From: Thermodesulfobacteriota bacterium
Lineage (GTDB): Bacteria > Desulfobacterota_D > UBA1144 > Nemesobacterales > UBA2774
Length of the DNA: 64,000 bases
Direction of reading: 5' to 3'
Assembly: GCA_965216785.1 (NCBI GenBank)
Contig: OZ244197.1
Span: forward strand, 192,001-256,000
A program made the translations under genes and the position numbers. Under the pieces are notes generated by a model. It searched no databases. It saw only the letters and a program-made list of their open reading frames with translations, and was not told the DNA's origin. Of the stretch, positions 39,711 to 49,571 are shown one piece after another (position 1 is the stretch's first letter; each line of letters begins with the position of its first letter).

Positions 39711-40486
39711 TGCTTTCTCTTTTCAGCCAGCTCCGAAATAGATATTACATTCTTGTCCTCGGCGTTTTCCTTTTGCTTCTTCAGGTCCTCCCCGCCACCG
39801 TCTTTATCAACCCTATGGTCGTCTATAATATCGCCGAGCACCTTGTGCATAATCTTAAGCGCACCAATTGAGTGTTCCTTTAGATAACCTTTTTCAAATA
39901 CTACCTCTTTCTTCTTTCTCATCATTAAGAGGTAGAAGATAAAAGCCTGGTTATTCAAAACGATCAGCATCGCGGCGTAGAGAAGATAATTGTCCGCGAA
40001 CACTTTCTTTAATATGCCTTTAGTATCGGAATCGATCTTAACAAGTCCGAAAGGCTCAGTTTGAGCTTGAGTAGTAAACGGGACGGATACGGAAATGATG
40101 CCGTTAGTGTCTGTGACCGTATAGCCGCCCTCAGGATAGAACTCACTCATAAAAAGGCCGTCTGTACCGCTCCCGCTTTCTATGTCCTTTTTGAATACCA
40201 CGCTAAAGAATTTTGGAGAAACTTCAAATGTATTGAACAGCTTTTTCCTGCCCAGTCTTTTATCGAGGAAATGATAGAACTCACCGCTTGTAGGCTGGAT
40301 ACCTTCCTCAGAATAAAAATCGCCGGCCAAATCGCCAATGGTCTCAGAGATTGCTCTCGTTTTATTGACGAACTCGTCTTTGGCTTTATTGAACTGGAAA
40401 AGAAACACCAATCCTATAAGAGCTAGGATACACAGCTCAATACCAATTGCTTTTGCTATCGTCGAAAACTTTCCGTTTAAGCGCAT
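39707..40486 (-). CDS. Hypothetical two-TM protein with extracytoplasmic domain
   Basis: TM, ~130-aa domain, TM, charged tail; overlaps both neighbours, suggesting translational coupling. Confidence 0.7.
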   Translation of the reverse strand: MRLNGKFSTIAKAIGIELCILALIGLVFLFQFNKAKDEFVNKTRAISETIGDLAGDFYSEEGIQPTSGEFYHFLDKRLGRKKLFNTFEVSPKFFSVVFKKDIESGSGTDGLFMSEFYPEGGYTVTDTNGIISVSVPFTTQAQTEPFGLVKIDSDTKGILKKVFADNYLLYAAMLIVLNNQAFIFYLLMMRKKKEVVFEKGYLKEHSIGALKIMHKVLGDIIDDHRVDKDGGGEDLKKQKENAEDKNVISISELAEKRKQ

Positions 40487-40893
40487 TTCTCCATGAACTC
40501 TTCGAGTATCTCCTGAATACCTTCGTCTTGGGAATGTCTAAGAAGCATAAAAATCATTCCCCCGAAATCTTTCCTCATATCCGCATTCAAACTTCTGTAG
40601 AGATTTATCAGAGCCTTCTCCGCATCGGTAAGCACTTCGAAGCTCTCTTGTGAAATCTCTTCTTTTTCCATAAACCTGTTGAGGCGCTCTTTTTTAGCCA
40701 CTGTCCAGAGCTCCTCTATTTCTACTTCTAGTATTGCCGCGATCTGATGACACCTGTCGATCGACGGAGCATCAACTTTCCCCGTCTCGAGCTGGTGAAT
40801 GAAAACACTGGATACATCAAGAGAACGTGCAAGATCCTCCTGAGTAATATTCTTGTGTTTCCTCTTACTCTTTAGATAATCACCGAATCTCAT
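40477..40893 (-). CDS. XRE-family HTH transcriptional regulator
   Basis: ITQEDLARSLDVSSVFIHQLETGK; GGAGG RBS. Confidence 0.9.
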   Translation of the reverse strand: MRFGDYLKSKRKHKNITQEDLARSLDVSSVFIHQLETGKVDAPSIDRCHQIAAILEVEIEELWTVAKKERLNRFMEKEEISQESFEVLTDAEKALINLYRSLNADMRKDFGGMIFMLLRHSQDEGIQEILEEFMEKCA

Positions 40894-41174
40894 TATGGCC
40901 TCCTGGCTTTGAGGTATTAACTATAATGTATTATTACACCTTTCCTTAACCTAATTCTACACTATAAACCCATGTAATATCAAGGGTTATATGGTTTAAA
41001 TAACCGACATTTAAACTTCTACATTAATATTTTACCCTGAGAGAACTAAAAGCCGGACAGAAAAGGTGAATAAGCGTAATTAGAGCTGTTCCCGCGTATT
41101 TAGATATATATGGCGGAGCAAGAGGCGATTTTCCGTGTATACAGAGTATGAGGAGCCCCCGGAGTTAAGAATCT

Positions 41175-42032
41175 TTATTTTCTGGCCATTATAAACCATG
41201 TGCTTGAGGGCATATAGATACCGCCTTCTTTTTCATGTGGCATCATCGAGTTCTTCATGTCCTCTCTTATCTGCGGGAGCTTTTGCTGCCCCAGCTCCTC
41301 CGCTTCACGGATAATTTCCCCGGAAGGACCTACCAGAATCTGAAAATCTATCGCCTCTTCCATGCTCGTTCCGATGCAAACTTCAGCATCGTTTCTCCTG
41401 AATAAAACGATATCCTCAAAGCCTGCCGCGTTTAACATTGCCCTTGTGGTTTCTTCATCCGCAAGCGCGAACGGGCCCGGTCCGCAGGTCGCCGCATTGT
41501 CCCCCGGAGGCGGCAGGTGCTTTAGCGCTATGTCCTTTGCCATACCCCAGCACGGGTTGTCGGAGATAGTTCTCCAGACTATCAGGCAAAGCTTACCGCC
41601 TGGTTTTAAAGCCTTGTGAGCGTTTCTGAGAGCAAATACGATATTCTGGAAAAACATCACTCCAAAGCGTGAATATACAACGTCGTAATAATTTTCGGGG
41701 AGCTCGTGAGTCATAGCGTCGCCCAAAACAAACTCGACGTTCTTAAGACCCGATTCGTCTAATTCCTTGTTTGCAATATCCAAGAACGCCTGCGTGCAGT
41801 CAAGACCAAGCACTTCGCCCTCAGGGCCGACGGTCCTGCCTATTTCAAGGCAGGTCTCCCCGTAACCACATCCTATATCGAGCACTTTGTCACCAGGTTT
41901 TAGGTCGAAATACTCATACGCCATTTCGCTATGTACGGCGCCGTTACCCGAGAGCAGGTGCCGGAAAGTATTCCACTTGGGCACAAGTATCTCGTTCCAG
42001 CAGCTTATAAAATCGTCATTTGTATCTACCAT
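41175..42032 (-). CDS. Class I SAM-dependent methyltransferase
   Basis: VLDIGCGYG, SRFGVMFF, LKPGG, PGPFAL. Confidence 0.9.
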   Translation of the reverse strand: MVDTNDDFISCWNEILVPKWNTFRHLLSGNGAVHSEMAYEYFDLKPGDKVLDIGCGYGETCLEIGRTVGPEGEVLGLDCTQAFLDIANKELDESGLKNVEFVLGDAMTHELPENYYDVVYSRFGVMFFQNIVFALRNAHKALKPGGKLCLIVWRTISDNPCWGMAKDIALKHLPPPGDNAATCGPGPFALADEETTRAMLNAAGFEDIVLFRRNDAEVCIGTSMEEAIDFQILVGPSGEIIREAEELGQQKLPQIREDMKNSMMPHEKEGGIYMPSSTWFIMARK

Positions 42033-42289
42033 TTTATATCCCTCCAGATTTATTACGTAATTATAGGTGGATACCTACCGTCATTTAATATCCTATCAGA
42101 TTTTATACCAAGAGGTAAAGATATTTCTTCGATTAGTAAAAGAAAAAATACACCGTGACCATTTGTTTTTATACTCCTGCAACTTTAATTATTAAAGTGC
42201 AATATACTTATTAGGATATTGCTTTTGTCTGACCGTATTCATGGGCAGAGTTATAAAGAAATATCACAAATACTGAAGGAGGATAATCA

Positions 42290-43396
42290 ATGAAGAGATT
42301 TACGTTTTACGCATTAGCAATTTTGGTAGTACTAGTATCAGCACGGGGAGAATCCCGCGCATGCACCGAGACCAGGATTATGTCAAAAGACGGTGCCTGT
42401 GTTATAGGCCGCAGCATGGAGTTTGCCCAGGAAGTGAATTCAAACGTAATAGTTCAGCCGAGGGGTCAAGACAGGGTTTCCGGACTGCCTGAGAACAAGG
42501 AAGGCATGAAATGGACCTCGAAATACGGAGTACTTTACCTGGACGGATTCGGACTCGATATTGCAGTAGACGGGCTAAATGAGAAAGGACTCGCGGTGGG
42601 AGCCCTGTACTTTCCGGACGCAGCTGTTTACCAGGAAGTCGAGCCGGGAAACGAGTCCAAGGCGGTTTCGAGCATAGACCTCCCGCTTTACATACTACAG
42701 AATTTCGCCACAGTAGATGAGGTCCGCGAAGCGATCCCAGATGTAACCGTATGGGGCGCGAGGATAGAGGCGCTTGGAAACATAGTTGTTCCTGTGCACT
42801 GGTCCGTATACCAGCCCGACGGCAAGGGAATTATCATCGAGTACACAAAGGACGGGCTCAGCGTTTACGATAGCATAGGCGTTATGACTAACTCACCCAA
42901 ATACTCCTGGCACCTGACTAATATGAGGAACTTCGTCGGCCTGAATGCGGAGAATGCAAAGCCTGTAGTTATTGACGGAATAAGCTTTGCGGCCACGGGA
43001 CAGGGGAGCGGCCTGATGTCTATTCCCGGGGACCCGACGCCTCCGGCGAGATTTATTAGGGCAGGCGCCATGGCCTACCTCGCAAACAAGGTAGATACAG
43101 CGGAGCAAGCCGTGAACCTTGCGGTGCATGTGCTGAACACTGTAGATATTCCGCTCGGAACAATTAGAAACTTTGAGAATGGAGAAGTGTATCACGACTA
43201 CACTCAGTGGATTGTGGCGAGAGACCTTACGAATAGGATTCTTTACTTCCGCACGTACGATAATATGAATCTGAGAGTGGTTGATCTTAAAAAATTTGAC
43301 CTCAGTCCCGAAGGCAAGAAGTTTATTATGCCGATGAGTAAGGAAGTCATAGGCGCAATCGACGTCACGCAAGAGCTGAAACCAGCTAAAAATTAA
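42290..43396 (+). CDS. Exported choloylglycine hydrolase / penicillin V acylase family Ntn-hydrolase
   Basis: Signal peptide ending SRA-CT (N-terminal Cys nucleophile), GRSMEF, DGLNEKGL, MTNSP, PGD.TP..RF. Confidence 0.9.
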   Translation: MKRFTFYALAILVVLVSARGESRACTETRIMSKDGACVIGRSMEFAQEVNSNVIVQPRGQDRVSGLPENKEGMKWTSKYGVLYLDGFGLDIAVDGLNEKGLAVGALYFPDAAVYQEVEPGNESKAVSSIDLPLYILQNFATVDEVREAIPDVTVWGARIEALGNIVVPVHWSVYQPDGKGIIIEYTKDGLSVYDSIGVMTNSPKYSWHLTNMRNFVGLNAENAKPVVIDGISFAATGQGSGLMSIPGDPTPPARFIRAGAMAYLANKVDTAEQAVNLAVHVLNTVDIPLGTIRNFENGEVYHDYTQWIVARDLTNRILYFRTYDNMNLRVVDLKKFDLSPEGKKFIMPMSKEVIGAIDVTQELKPAKN

Positions 43397-43424
43397 TCAG
43401 TACAAACCGCTGACATTAACTCAA

Positions 43425-43451
43425 TCCCCCTCGTGTCGGTACGAGGGGGGA
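43425..43451 (+). terminator. Hairpin, possible terminator after the Ntn-hydrolase gene
   Basis: CCCCCTCGT-GTCGGT-ACGAGGGGG stem-loop; no clear U-tract. Confidence 0.45.
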
Positions 43452-43574
43452 GCTAAGGATACATCATACTAATAGCTCCGCAGCTATTCAAAATATCTGT
43501 CAGATATTCTTACACCATACGTGCGCATTAACAATATTCCCAATCTAATCCCCATATATCACTGAATATTATAG

Positions 43575-43590
43575 TGGTACATGTCTTGCT
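43575..43590 (+). promoter_or_regulatory. Sigma54 (-24/-12) promoter of the usp / P-type ATPase operon
   Basis: TGGTAC-ATGTC-TTGCT; upstream TGT-N11-ACA at 43498-43514. Confidence 0.6.
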
Positions 43591-43689
43591 TTATTTGCTT
43601 AAGTCAAAGGGCGGGTTTTGTAAGAATTTGAGACCTAGAGCGTATTAAGAAAACCTAACAGAGCATTTATACAAGGGGAGGGAAACATT

Positions 43690-44640
43690 ATGACACGATT
43701 TAAAAATATATTATTGGTACTACACGGTAAGAATAACGAAGAAGCCCTCAAAAGGGCTTTCGCGCTGGCTAAAAACAATAAGGCGAAGTTAACCATCGTG
43801 GATGTCATCGAAGAGCTGCCTGAAGCAATGAAGGATTATCTTGAAATTATTTCGGTAGAAGAATTAGAAAAGATAGTCGCTGATGAGAGAGTCTCGGAAA
43901 TACAAAAGCTCACTAAATCGATTCCTACAAGCAAAACCCTCAAACCTGTGGTCAAAACTATAGTTGGTAAACCTCACATTGAGGTAATAAAGGAAGTACT
44001 TAGAAATAAGCACGACTTGGTTATGAAAACCTCGGAAGGCAAGGGAGGCACAAAAGAGGCACTGTTCGGAAGTATTGATATAAACATAATGCGTAAGTGC
44101 CCCTGCCCTGTATGGATGATTAAACCCAAAGAATCTACGAAATATTCCAGGATTCTTGCGGCGGTAGATCCAGACCCTTATGATAAAGTGGGAGATAAAC
44201 TCAATCAGAGCATAATGGAACTGTCGGTCTCAATTTCCCAGTTGGAGAAAAGTGAACTCCACATAGTTCACGCATGGAGCCTTTATGCGGAAAAGACCTT
44301 GAGCGGACCACGATTTCGTAAATCTCCAAACGTGATGGCTAAACTGCTTCTAGACGCTAAGAATTTTCACAAAGCCAACCTGGCTAAGCTTGTAAACAAG
44401 TTCCCCCTAGAAAAACTTAAGCACAAGATACATCTGCTAAAAGGCGACCCCGCACAAGTAATACCCAGAGTGGCAAAGAAAGAAAAGATTGATCTTATAG
44501 TAATGGGCACAGTCTGCCGCACGGGACTGCCGGGTTTTATTATAGGAAATACCGCTGAATCTATTCTCTACAATGTTGACTGCTCGGTATTAACCATCAA
44601 GCCACATGGATTTATTTCTCCTATCAAACTTAAAGATTGA
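43690..44640 (+). CDS. Tandem-domain universal stress protein (UspE-like)
   Basis: Two Usp domains; RKCPCPVWMIK, DLIVMGTVCRTGLPGFIIGNTAE. Confidence 0.92.
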   Translation: MTRFKNILLVLHGKNNEEALKRAFALAKNNKAKLTIVDVIEELPEAMKDYLEIISVEELEKIVADERVSEIQKLTKSIPTSKTLKPVVKTIVGKPHIEVIKEVLRNKHDLVMKTSEGKGGTKEALFGSIDINIMRKCPCPVWMIKPKESTKYSRILAAVDPDPYDKVGDKLNQSIMELSVSISQLEKSELHIVHAWSLYAEKTLSGPRFRKSPNVMAKLLLDAKNFHKANLAKLVNKFPLEKLKHKIHLLKGDPAQVIPRVAKKEKIDLIVMGTVCRTGLPGFIIGNTAESILYNVDCSVLTIKPHGFISPIKLKD

Positions 44641-44706
44641 GTAATAACGCTCAGAATCTGGTTAACTATAATCACGGATATTTTGCAGGATAAAGGACTT
44701 TAAATT

Positions 44707-47400
44707 TTGTCTAATAAACCACAAACAGCTAATCCCTGGCATGCCATGGATCTGCCTTCAGTATTTGAAGCTCTAGATGCTACCGAGAGCGGTCTTACAG
44801 ATTCTGAAGCCCAAGCCAAACTAAGCAAATTCGGCCCAAATAAACTTCCGCAAAAGCCGCCCGCGCCTATATGGAAGATATTTATTAGGCAGTTCGGTAG
44901 CCCCCTTATATACATCTTAGTTTTTGCAGCTGCTATCTCTATAGTGATAAAGGAACCCACCGATGCTGCTTTTATAATGGCCGTACTGTTGTTGAATGCC
45001 ATAATTGGCGGTTACCAGGAATACAAGGCAGAACAAAGTGCGCAAGCATTACAAAAACTGCTCCAGATAAAAGCCGCTGTCCTAAGAGATGGAGAAGTAT
45101 CAGAAATTAATGCTGAGATGGTTGCTCCCGGCGATGTTGTTTGGCTGGAATCTGGAAACAGAGTGCCTGCTGATATCAGACTTCTGACGACACTTGGTCT
45201 GGAGGTGGACGAGTCTTTGTTGACCGGGGAATCACTCCCGGTACTAAAAGACAAATCCTGGACAGGTGAGGTAAACACACAAATCGCGGACCGGTTGAAT
45301 ATTGCCCATGCCGGATCAATAGTCACGAGAGGCCGCGCTAAAGGCCTAGTTGTTAGTACCGGCATGTCTACTGCAGTTGGACTTCTTGCTATGGATATTA
45401 TGGGAGCTTCAGGAGGAGAGCCGCCTCTAATCCTTAGGATGAAGAGATTCACCCGTGTGATCGCAGTGGCTGTGCTAGTTTCAGCCTTTGCCATTGGGGC
45501 ACTGAACGTATTGCTGGGTAGATACGATTTTACAGAAATGCTCCTCTTTGTCGTAGCCCTTGCAGTTTCTGCCATACCCGAGGGTTTACCCGTTGCAATG
45601 ACTGTGGCATTGGCGATTGCAACAACCAAAATGGCGGGGCGAGGAGTCATTGTTCGAAGACTCGCTGCAGTTGAAGGAATGGGCAGCTGTACTTATATAG
45701 CAACGGATAAAACCGGGACAGTTACACGTAACGAGCTTACAGTGAAAGAGGTGTATCTGCACACAGATAAAATATTTGAAGTTAGCGGTAGCGGATTCAG
45801 CCCTGAAGGACAGGTGCTCCTTGACGGCAAACAGATTGATCGGATCAGCAATCCGGAATTAGAGCTAATTGCCAGGGCTGCCGTGTTGTGTAATGAGGCA
45901 GATTTACATCATAGCGATGGTGGTTGGCGCTGGCGGGGAGATACCGTTGATATAGCGCTCCTGTCTTTTGCTCAGAAGTTAGGTTACAACCGGGAAGCCC
46001 TATTGGATTTATACCCTCAGATCAACCAAATTCCTTTCGAGCCGGAGCTCCAGTTCTCGGCTTCATATCATAGGGTCGATGCAAACTCAGTCAAGGTTTT
46101 CGTAAAAGGCGCACCTGAGAAATTATTGGAAATGTGTGAGATCGATGAAGTGAAAGATAAGATCAATTATCTTTCCATTGTTGAAGAGATGGCTGAAAGG
46201 GGTTATAGGGTCTTGGCTTTGGCTGAGGGGAATTTTCAAGATGAGCTCGACTACTCTATGGTGCCGCCAGAACCATCGGGTCTTTCTTTGTTAGGCTTCG
46301 TAGGAATGATAGACCCCCTGCGCACGGGGGTACCAGAAGCTGTAAAGGATTGCCAACAAGCAGGTGTATCTGTGTCAATGGTTACCGGAGATCATAGTGT
46401 TACGGCTTTGGCTATCGCTCGTGATCTGGGTTTAGCTACCGACCCTGCACAAGTCATTACAGGGGCTGAACTCATAGGAAAATCAGACGGAGATATGCGC
46501 GATATTGTTGCAGAAACAAAAGTTTTTGCGAGAGTAGGACCTCATCAGAAGCTCCAAATTGTAAAGGCTGTACGGGAATTGGGTCATTTTGTTGCCGTGA
46601 CCGGAGATGGAGTGAACGACGCGCCGGCTCTTAGGGAGGCAAACATAGGAGTGTCAATGGGTAAAGAGGGCACTGATGTCGCCAGAGAAGCATCAGAGCT
46701 TGTGATTAGTGACGACAATTTCGCTACCATTGTTGCAGGAATTGAAGAAGGCCGTGTTGCTTACGACAATATCCGTAAGGTAATTTATCTTCTTGTCTCA
46801 ACTGGGGCTGCAGAATTGGTGTTAGTGACCCTTAGCGTGATTGCGGGTCTCCCTCTCCCGCTGCTTCCGGTTCAAATTCTGTGGTTAAATTTAGTTACAA
46901 ACGGAATTCAGGACGTTGCGCTAGCCTTTGAGCCTGGCGAAGATGATATTTTAAAGAAAAAGCCTAGACCGCCTAATGAAAGAATATTTAATAAGCTTAT
47001 GGTCGAACGGACTGTGGTAGGGGCATTAACGATGGGCTTTGTTGGGTTCGGTTTTTTCTATTTCATGATGGAAAATGGTTGGAGTGAACATTCCGCGCGC
47101 AACGCATTACTACTCTTAATGGTTTTGTTTGAAAATGTCCATGTAGGAAATTGCCGCTCCGAAACTAAGTCCGCGCTAGTTCTATCACCACTCAAAAGCC
47201 CTATTCTTCTTATCGGCGTCATAAGCGCATTCTTGATTCACCTGGGCGCGATGTACTTACCGTTAGGTCAGAAAATATTGAAAACAGAACCTGTCGGGGT
47301 AGACACATGGGTCTTATTATTAGCACTCGCCCTGACAATTTTTATCACAATAGAAATCCACAAGCGGCTCTGGGCGCTTAGAAACAAGTCAGTCAAATAA
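44707..47400 (+). CDS. P2-type cation-transporting ATPase
   Basis: LTGES, PEGLP, DKTGT, KGAPE, TGDH, GDGVNDAP; TTG start. Confidence 0.95.
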   Translation: MSNKPQTANPWHAMDLPSVFEALDATESGLTDSEAQAKLSKFGPNKLPQKPPAPIWKIFIRQFGSPLIYILVFAAAISIVIKEPTDAAFIMAVLLLNAIIGGYQEYKAEQSAQALQKLLQIKAAVLRDGEVSEINAEMVAPGDVVWLESGNRVPADIRLLTTLGLEVDESLLTGESLPVLKDKSWTGEVNTQIADRLNIAHAGSIVTRGRAKGLVVSTGMSTAVGLLAMDIMGASGGEPPLILRMKRFTRVIAVAVLVSAFAIGALNVLLGRYDFTEMLLFVVALAVSAIPEGLPVAMTVALAIATTKMAGRGVIVRRLAAVEGMGSCTYIATDKTGTVTRNELTVKEVYLHTDKIFEVSGSGFSPEGQVLLDGKQIDRISNPELELIARAAVLCNEADLHHSDGGWRWRGDTVDIALLSFAQKLGYNREALLDLYPQINQIPFEPELQFSASYHRVDANSVKVFVKGAPEKLLEMCEIDEVKDKINYLSIVEEMAERGYRVLALAEGNFQDELDYSMVPPEPSGLSLLGFVGMIDPLRTGVPEAVKDCQQAGVSVSMVTGDHSVTALAIARDLGLATDPAQVITGAELIGKSDGDMRDIVAETKVFARVGPHQKLQIVKAVRELGHFVAVTGDGVNDAPALREANIGVSMGKEGTDVAREASELVISDDNFATIVAGIEEGRVAYDNIRKVIYLLVSTGAAELVLVTLSVIAGLPLPLLPVQILWLNLVTNGIQDVALAFEPGEDDILKKKPRPPNERIFNKLMVERTVVGALTMGFVGFGFFYFMMENGWSEHSARNALLLLMVLFENVHVGNCRSETKSALVLSPLKSPILLIGVISAFLIHLGAMYLPLGQKILKTEPVGVDTWVLLLALALTIFITIEIHKRLWALRNKSVK

Positions 47401-47562
47401 TCCAACACAACTACAAAAACTTACGGCCTCTTCAATCTAAATATTTTGAGGTACCCATTGTCTGTTACCGGCCTTCCCATCGCTTGAGTGTATGAATAAG
47501 TTCAGACCGATAGCGCCTTCCGACTCACAATAGATTAGTAGTGTGAAAAAGTAGTGGTAATG

Positions 47563-47635
<73 letters not shown>

Positions 47636-47765
47636 ATGAAGAACGTTTTAAACACTTAGATTGCGTTGTATGGTAACGCCTGGAATAGTTAAGCGGGTTT
47701 TATTCTACCTAACTGAAAATATACAGGCAAGGGTTAAATTGCATAGGCAATCTTGAATTACTCAC

Positions 47766-47942
47766 TTCGGCATCTCTGTAATGCGCGATCATCTTTCTTC
47801 TTGATTTTATTCCTGCGGGCATCGCTGTGTTAATTTCATACCTGCTCTCGCTCACGAATAACATTCACTCGCGGCCCCCGGCCTCTGTCCCCTTGATTCT
47901 ATCCCTGCGGGCATCGCTGTACTACGCTTGCCTCTGTCCCCA
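47766..47942 (-). repeat. Cluster of 2-3 copies of the GGGGACRGA hairpin repeat
   Basis: TGGGGACAGAGGCAAGCG-TAGTAC-AGCGATGCC (47942-47910); a second copy with a ~50 nt longer interior (47892-47800); a partial third copy. Confidence 0.75.
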
Positions 47943-47943
47943 T

Positions 47944-47988
47944 AAAAGCAAAAGGGAGAACAGCGTAAGTAGCTTATGCCGTCCTCCC
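47944..47988 (-). terminator. Rho-independent terminator of the amt-porin operon
   Basis: GGGAGGACGGCATAAG-CTA-CTTACGCTGTTCTCCC followed by TTTTGCTTTT. Confidence 0.8.
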
Positions 47989-48067
47989 CCCGCCCACACA
48001 AAGGAGATATGGAGAGATTGGAAATCTCTTATTTAAGAGTCTCTCTTTTTTTCTTTTTTAACTTTCC

Positions 48068-49417
48068 TTAAAGCTCTATCCAATAGAGCAACTGTCCCAT
48101 AATACCGTACTGATTCCTTTCGAAATCACCGTTGTCGGTCTCAAAGAACCTTTCATCCGAATGATCCCAGCGGAACTCTGCTCTGGCTTCGAAATTATCC
48201 AAAAAGCGGTTGTTGGCGATAAGACCTTTAAACGGTTTTAACGACAGCGTCGGTGTAAGCTCGAATAGCTCCTGACGAAGCCCCGTCCTAAATCCGTCAG
48301 CGTCGTCAAAGTACTCACCCCTAAGAGCGAGCGTAACAGCCGGATGAACGTCCACAACTATGTATCCCGCTATACCCCACCAGGAAGCGTTAATGTCTTC
48401 GGCGCCAACGTCGAGAATAAGGTCCTGCTGCCATCCGAAGTCTGCGTCTACGATGAACGTCAGCTTATCCATTAGAGTCATTGTACCGACAGCCGTAATC
48501 AGCTCGCGCCATCCGTTTGAAGAAGCGGTCTCGCCAATGGCGTTTTCAACCTCTACGAATTCGCGTCCGAAGTAGCCCGTTACCCCAAGCCACAGATCAG
48601 TTACCATGCCGCCTGAATAACTGTACGCTATCTGGCTTTCTATAGTAACGTCGTCATTTAGATCCTTAACCTGGTCCCATCCGTTGTTAAGACCTGCTGT
48701 GAGTGTAAGAGGACCTGCCGTGTAATCGGCCCTGATACCGGTGTGTGTGAATGGAATCGCGAACCCGAAAAGAATGGAGCGCGTGATGTTCGGGTTGTCC
48801 TTTGCCTCGATTACCTCATAACCTGCCAGCGTTACGAACTTACCGCCGTAGAAATTGATTCCGTTCCCAACAGGCGCAAGAAACTGGAGATATGCCTGAT
48901 AGGGATCCACGACATCGCTGGACAGACCGTTAGACGCGAGTAAAGGCGCCTGCTCGCCGAACAGTATGTCGCCTCTGAATCCGATCAAGTCCAATATTCC
49001 CCCTTCCATCGTCGGAGTCTTGGACACCGAAATGGTAAAGGCGTTTATTGAGAACTCCTGGTTGTCAGGATAAAGAGACCTTAACTGCAGATCATCCGTG
49101 GTGCCCTTATTAAACACGTACTGATAGGTAGTGTCTACGTAGAACCCAAGGTCTATGGCATCGAAAAAAGTCAAGATACCGTCGTACTTAAGGTCTTTAT
49201 CTTCCTGCTCGGACATAAACTTCTGAACCTCGGCCTGAGAGGCGGCTTTTTCGGCCTCCATCTGCTCAAGCTTTTGCATGAGTATCTCATTCTGCCTGCG
49301 GTTCTCCTCAATCATCTCTTTGAGCTGCTGCACTTCCTCATCACTGGCAGCATAAGAGGTCAAGCTGAGTGCTGCAACTGTCAAAAACGCTGCTAACACA
49401 ATCATTAACGTTCTCAT
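48068..49417 (-). CDS. Outer-membrane beta-barrel porin (OmpL-like/bbp2 type) with N-terminal coiled coil
   Basis: Signal peptide, coiled coil, GKFVTLAGYEVI, FGFAIPFTHTG, NGWD, RGEYFDD. Confidence 0.82.
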   Translation of the reverse strand: MRTLMIVLAAFLTVAALSLTSYAASDEEVQQLKEMIEENRRQNEILMQKLEQMEAEKAASQAEVQKFMSEQEDKDLKYDGILTFFDAIDLGFYVDTTYQYVFNKGTTDDLQLRSLYPDNQEFSINAFTISVSKTPTMEGGILDLIGFRGDILFGEQAPLLASNGLSSDVVDPYQAYLQFLAPVGNGINFYGGKFVTLAGYEVIEAKDNPNITRSILFGFAIPFTHTGIRADYTAGPLTLTAGLNNGWDQVKDLNDDVTIESQIAYSYSGGMVTDLWLGVTGYFGREFVEVENAIGETASSNGWRELITAVGTMTLMDKLTFIVDADFGWQQDLILDVGAEDINASWWGIAGYIVVDVHPAVTLALRGEYFDDADGFRTGLRQELFELTPTLSLKPFKGLIANNRFLDNFEARAEFRWDHSDERFFETDNGDFERNQYGIMGQLLYWIEL

Positions 49418-49446
49418 TTCTGACTTATCCTCCCTTATTTTATTTT

Positions 49447-49489
49447 ATTCCCCCCGATCGCACATACTACGTGCTCCGGTCTGTCCCCA
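49447..49489 (-). repeat. Single dispersed copy of the GGGGACRGA hairpin repeat in the porin leader
   Basis: TGGGGACAGA-CCG-GA-GC-ACGTAGTATGT-GC-GAT-CGG-GGGGAAT. Confidence 0.7.
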
Positions 49490-49521
49490 ATTTTGTGTTG
49501 CCTTCTTAGTCATATTTAATT

Positions 49522-49548
49522 ACCGCTCTCCGCAGAGCAGAGAGCGGT
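49522..49548. other. Intercistronic hairpin between amt and porin
   Basis: ACCGCTCTC-N9-GAGAGCGGT, 9-bp perfect stem. Confidence 0.55.
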
Positions 49549-49571
49549 CCTTTATTATATTTTTCAAAGCC

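Noticed and set aside
43429-43439. CCTCGTGTCGG matches part of tRNA-Phe, a possible att site
   Set aside because: Only 11 nt, inverted relative to the tRNA gene, part of a hairpin, and no integrase nearby
47827-48036. 69-aa ORF between tRNA-Phe and the porin
   Set aside because: Runs antisense through the repeat copies and the terminator; no RBS
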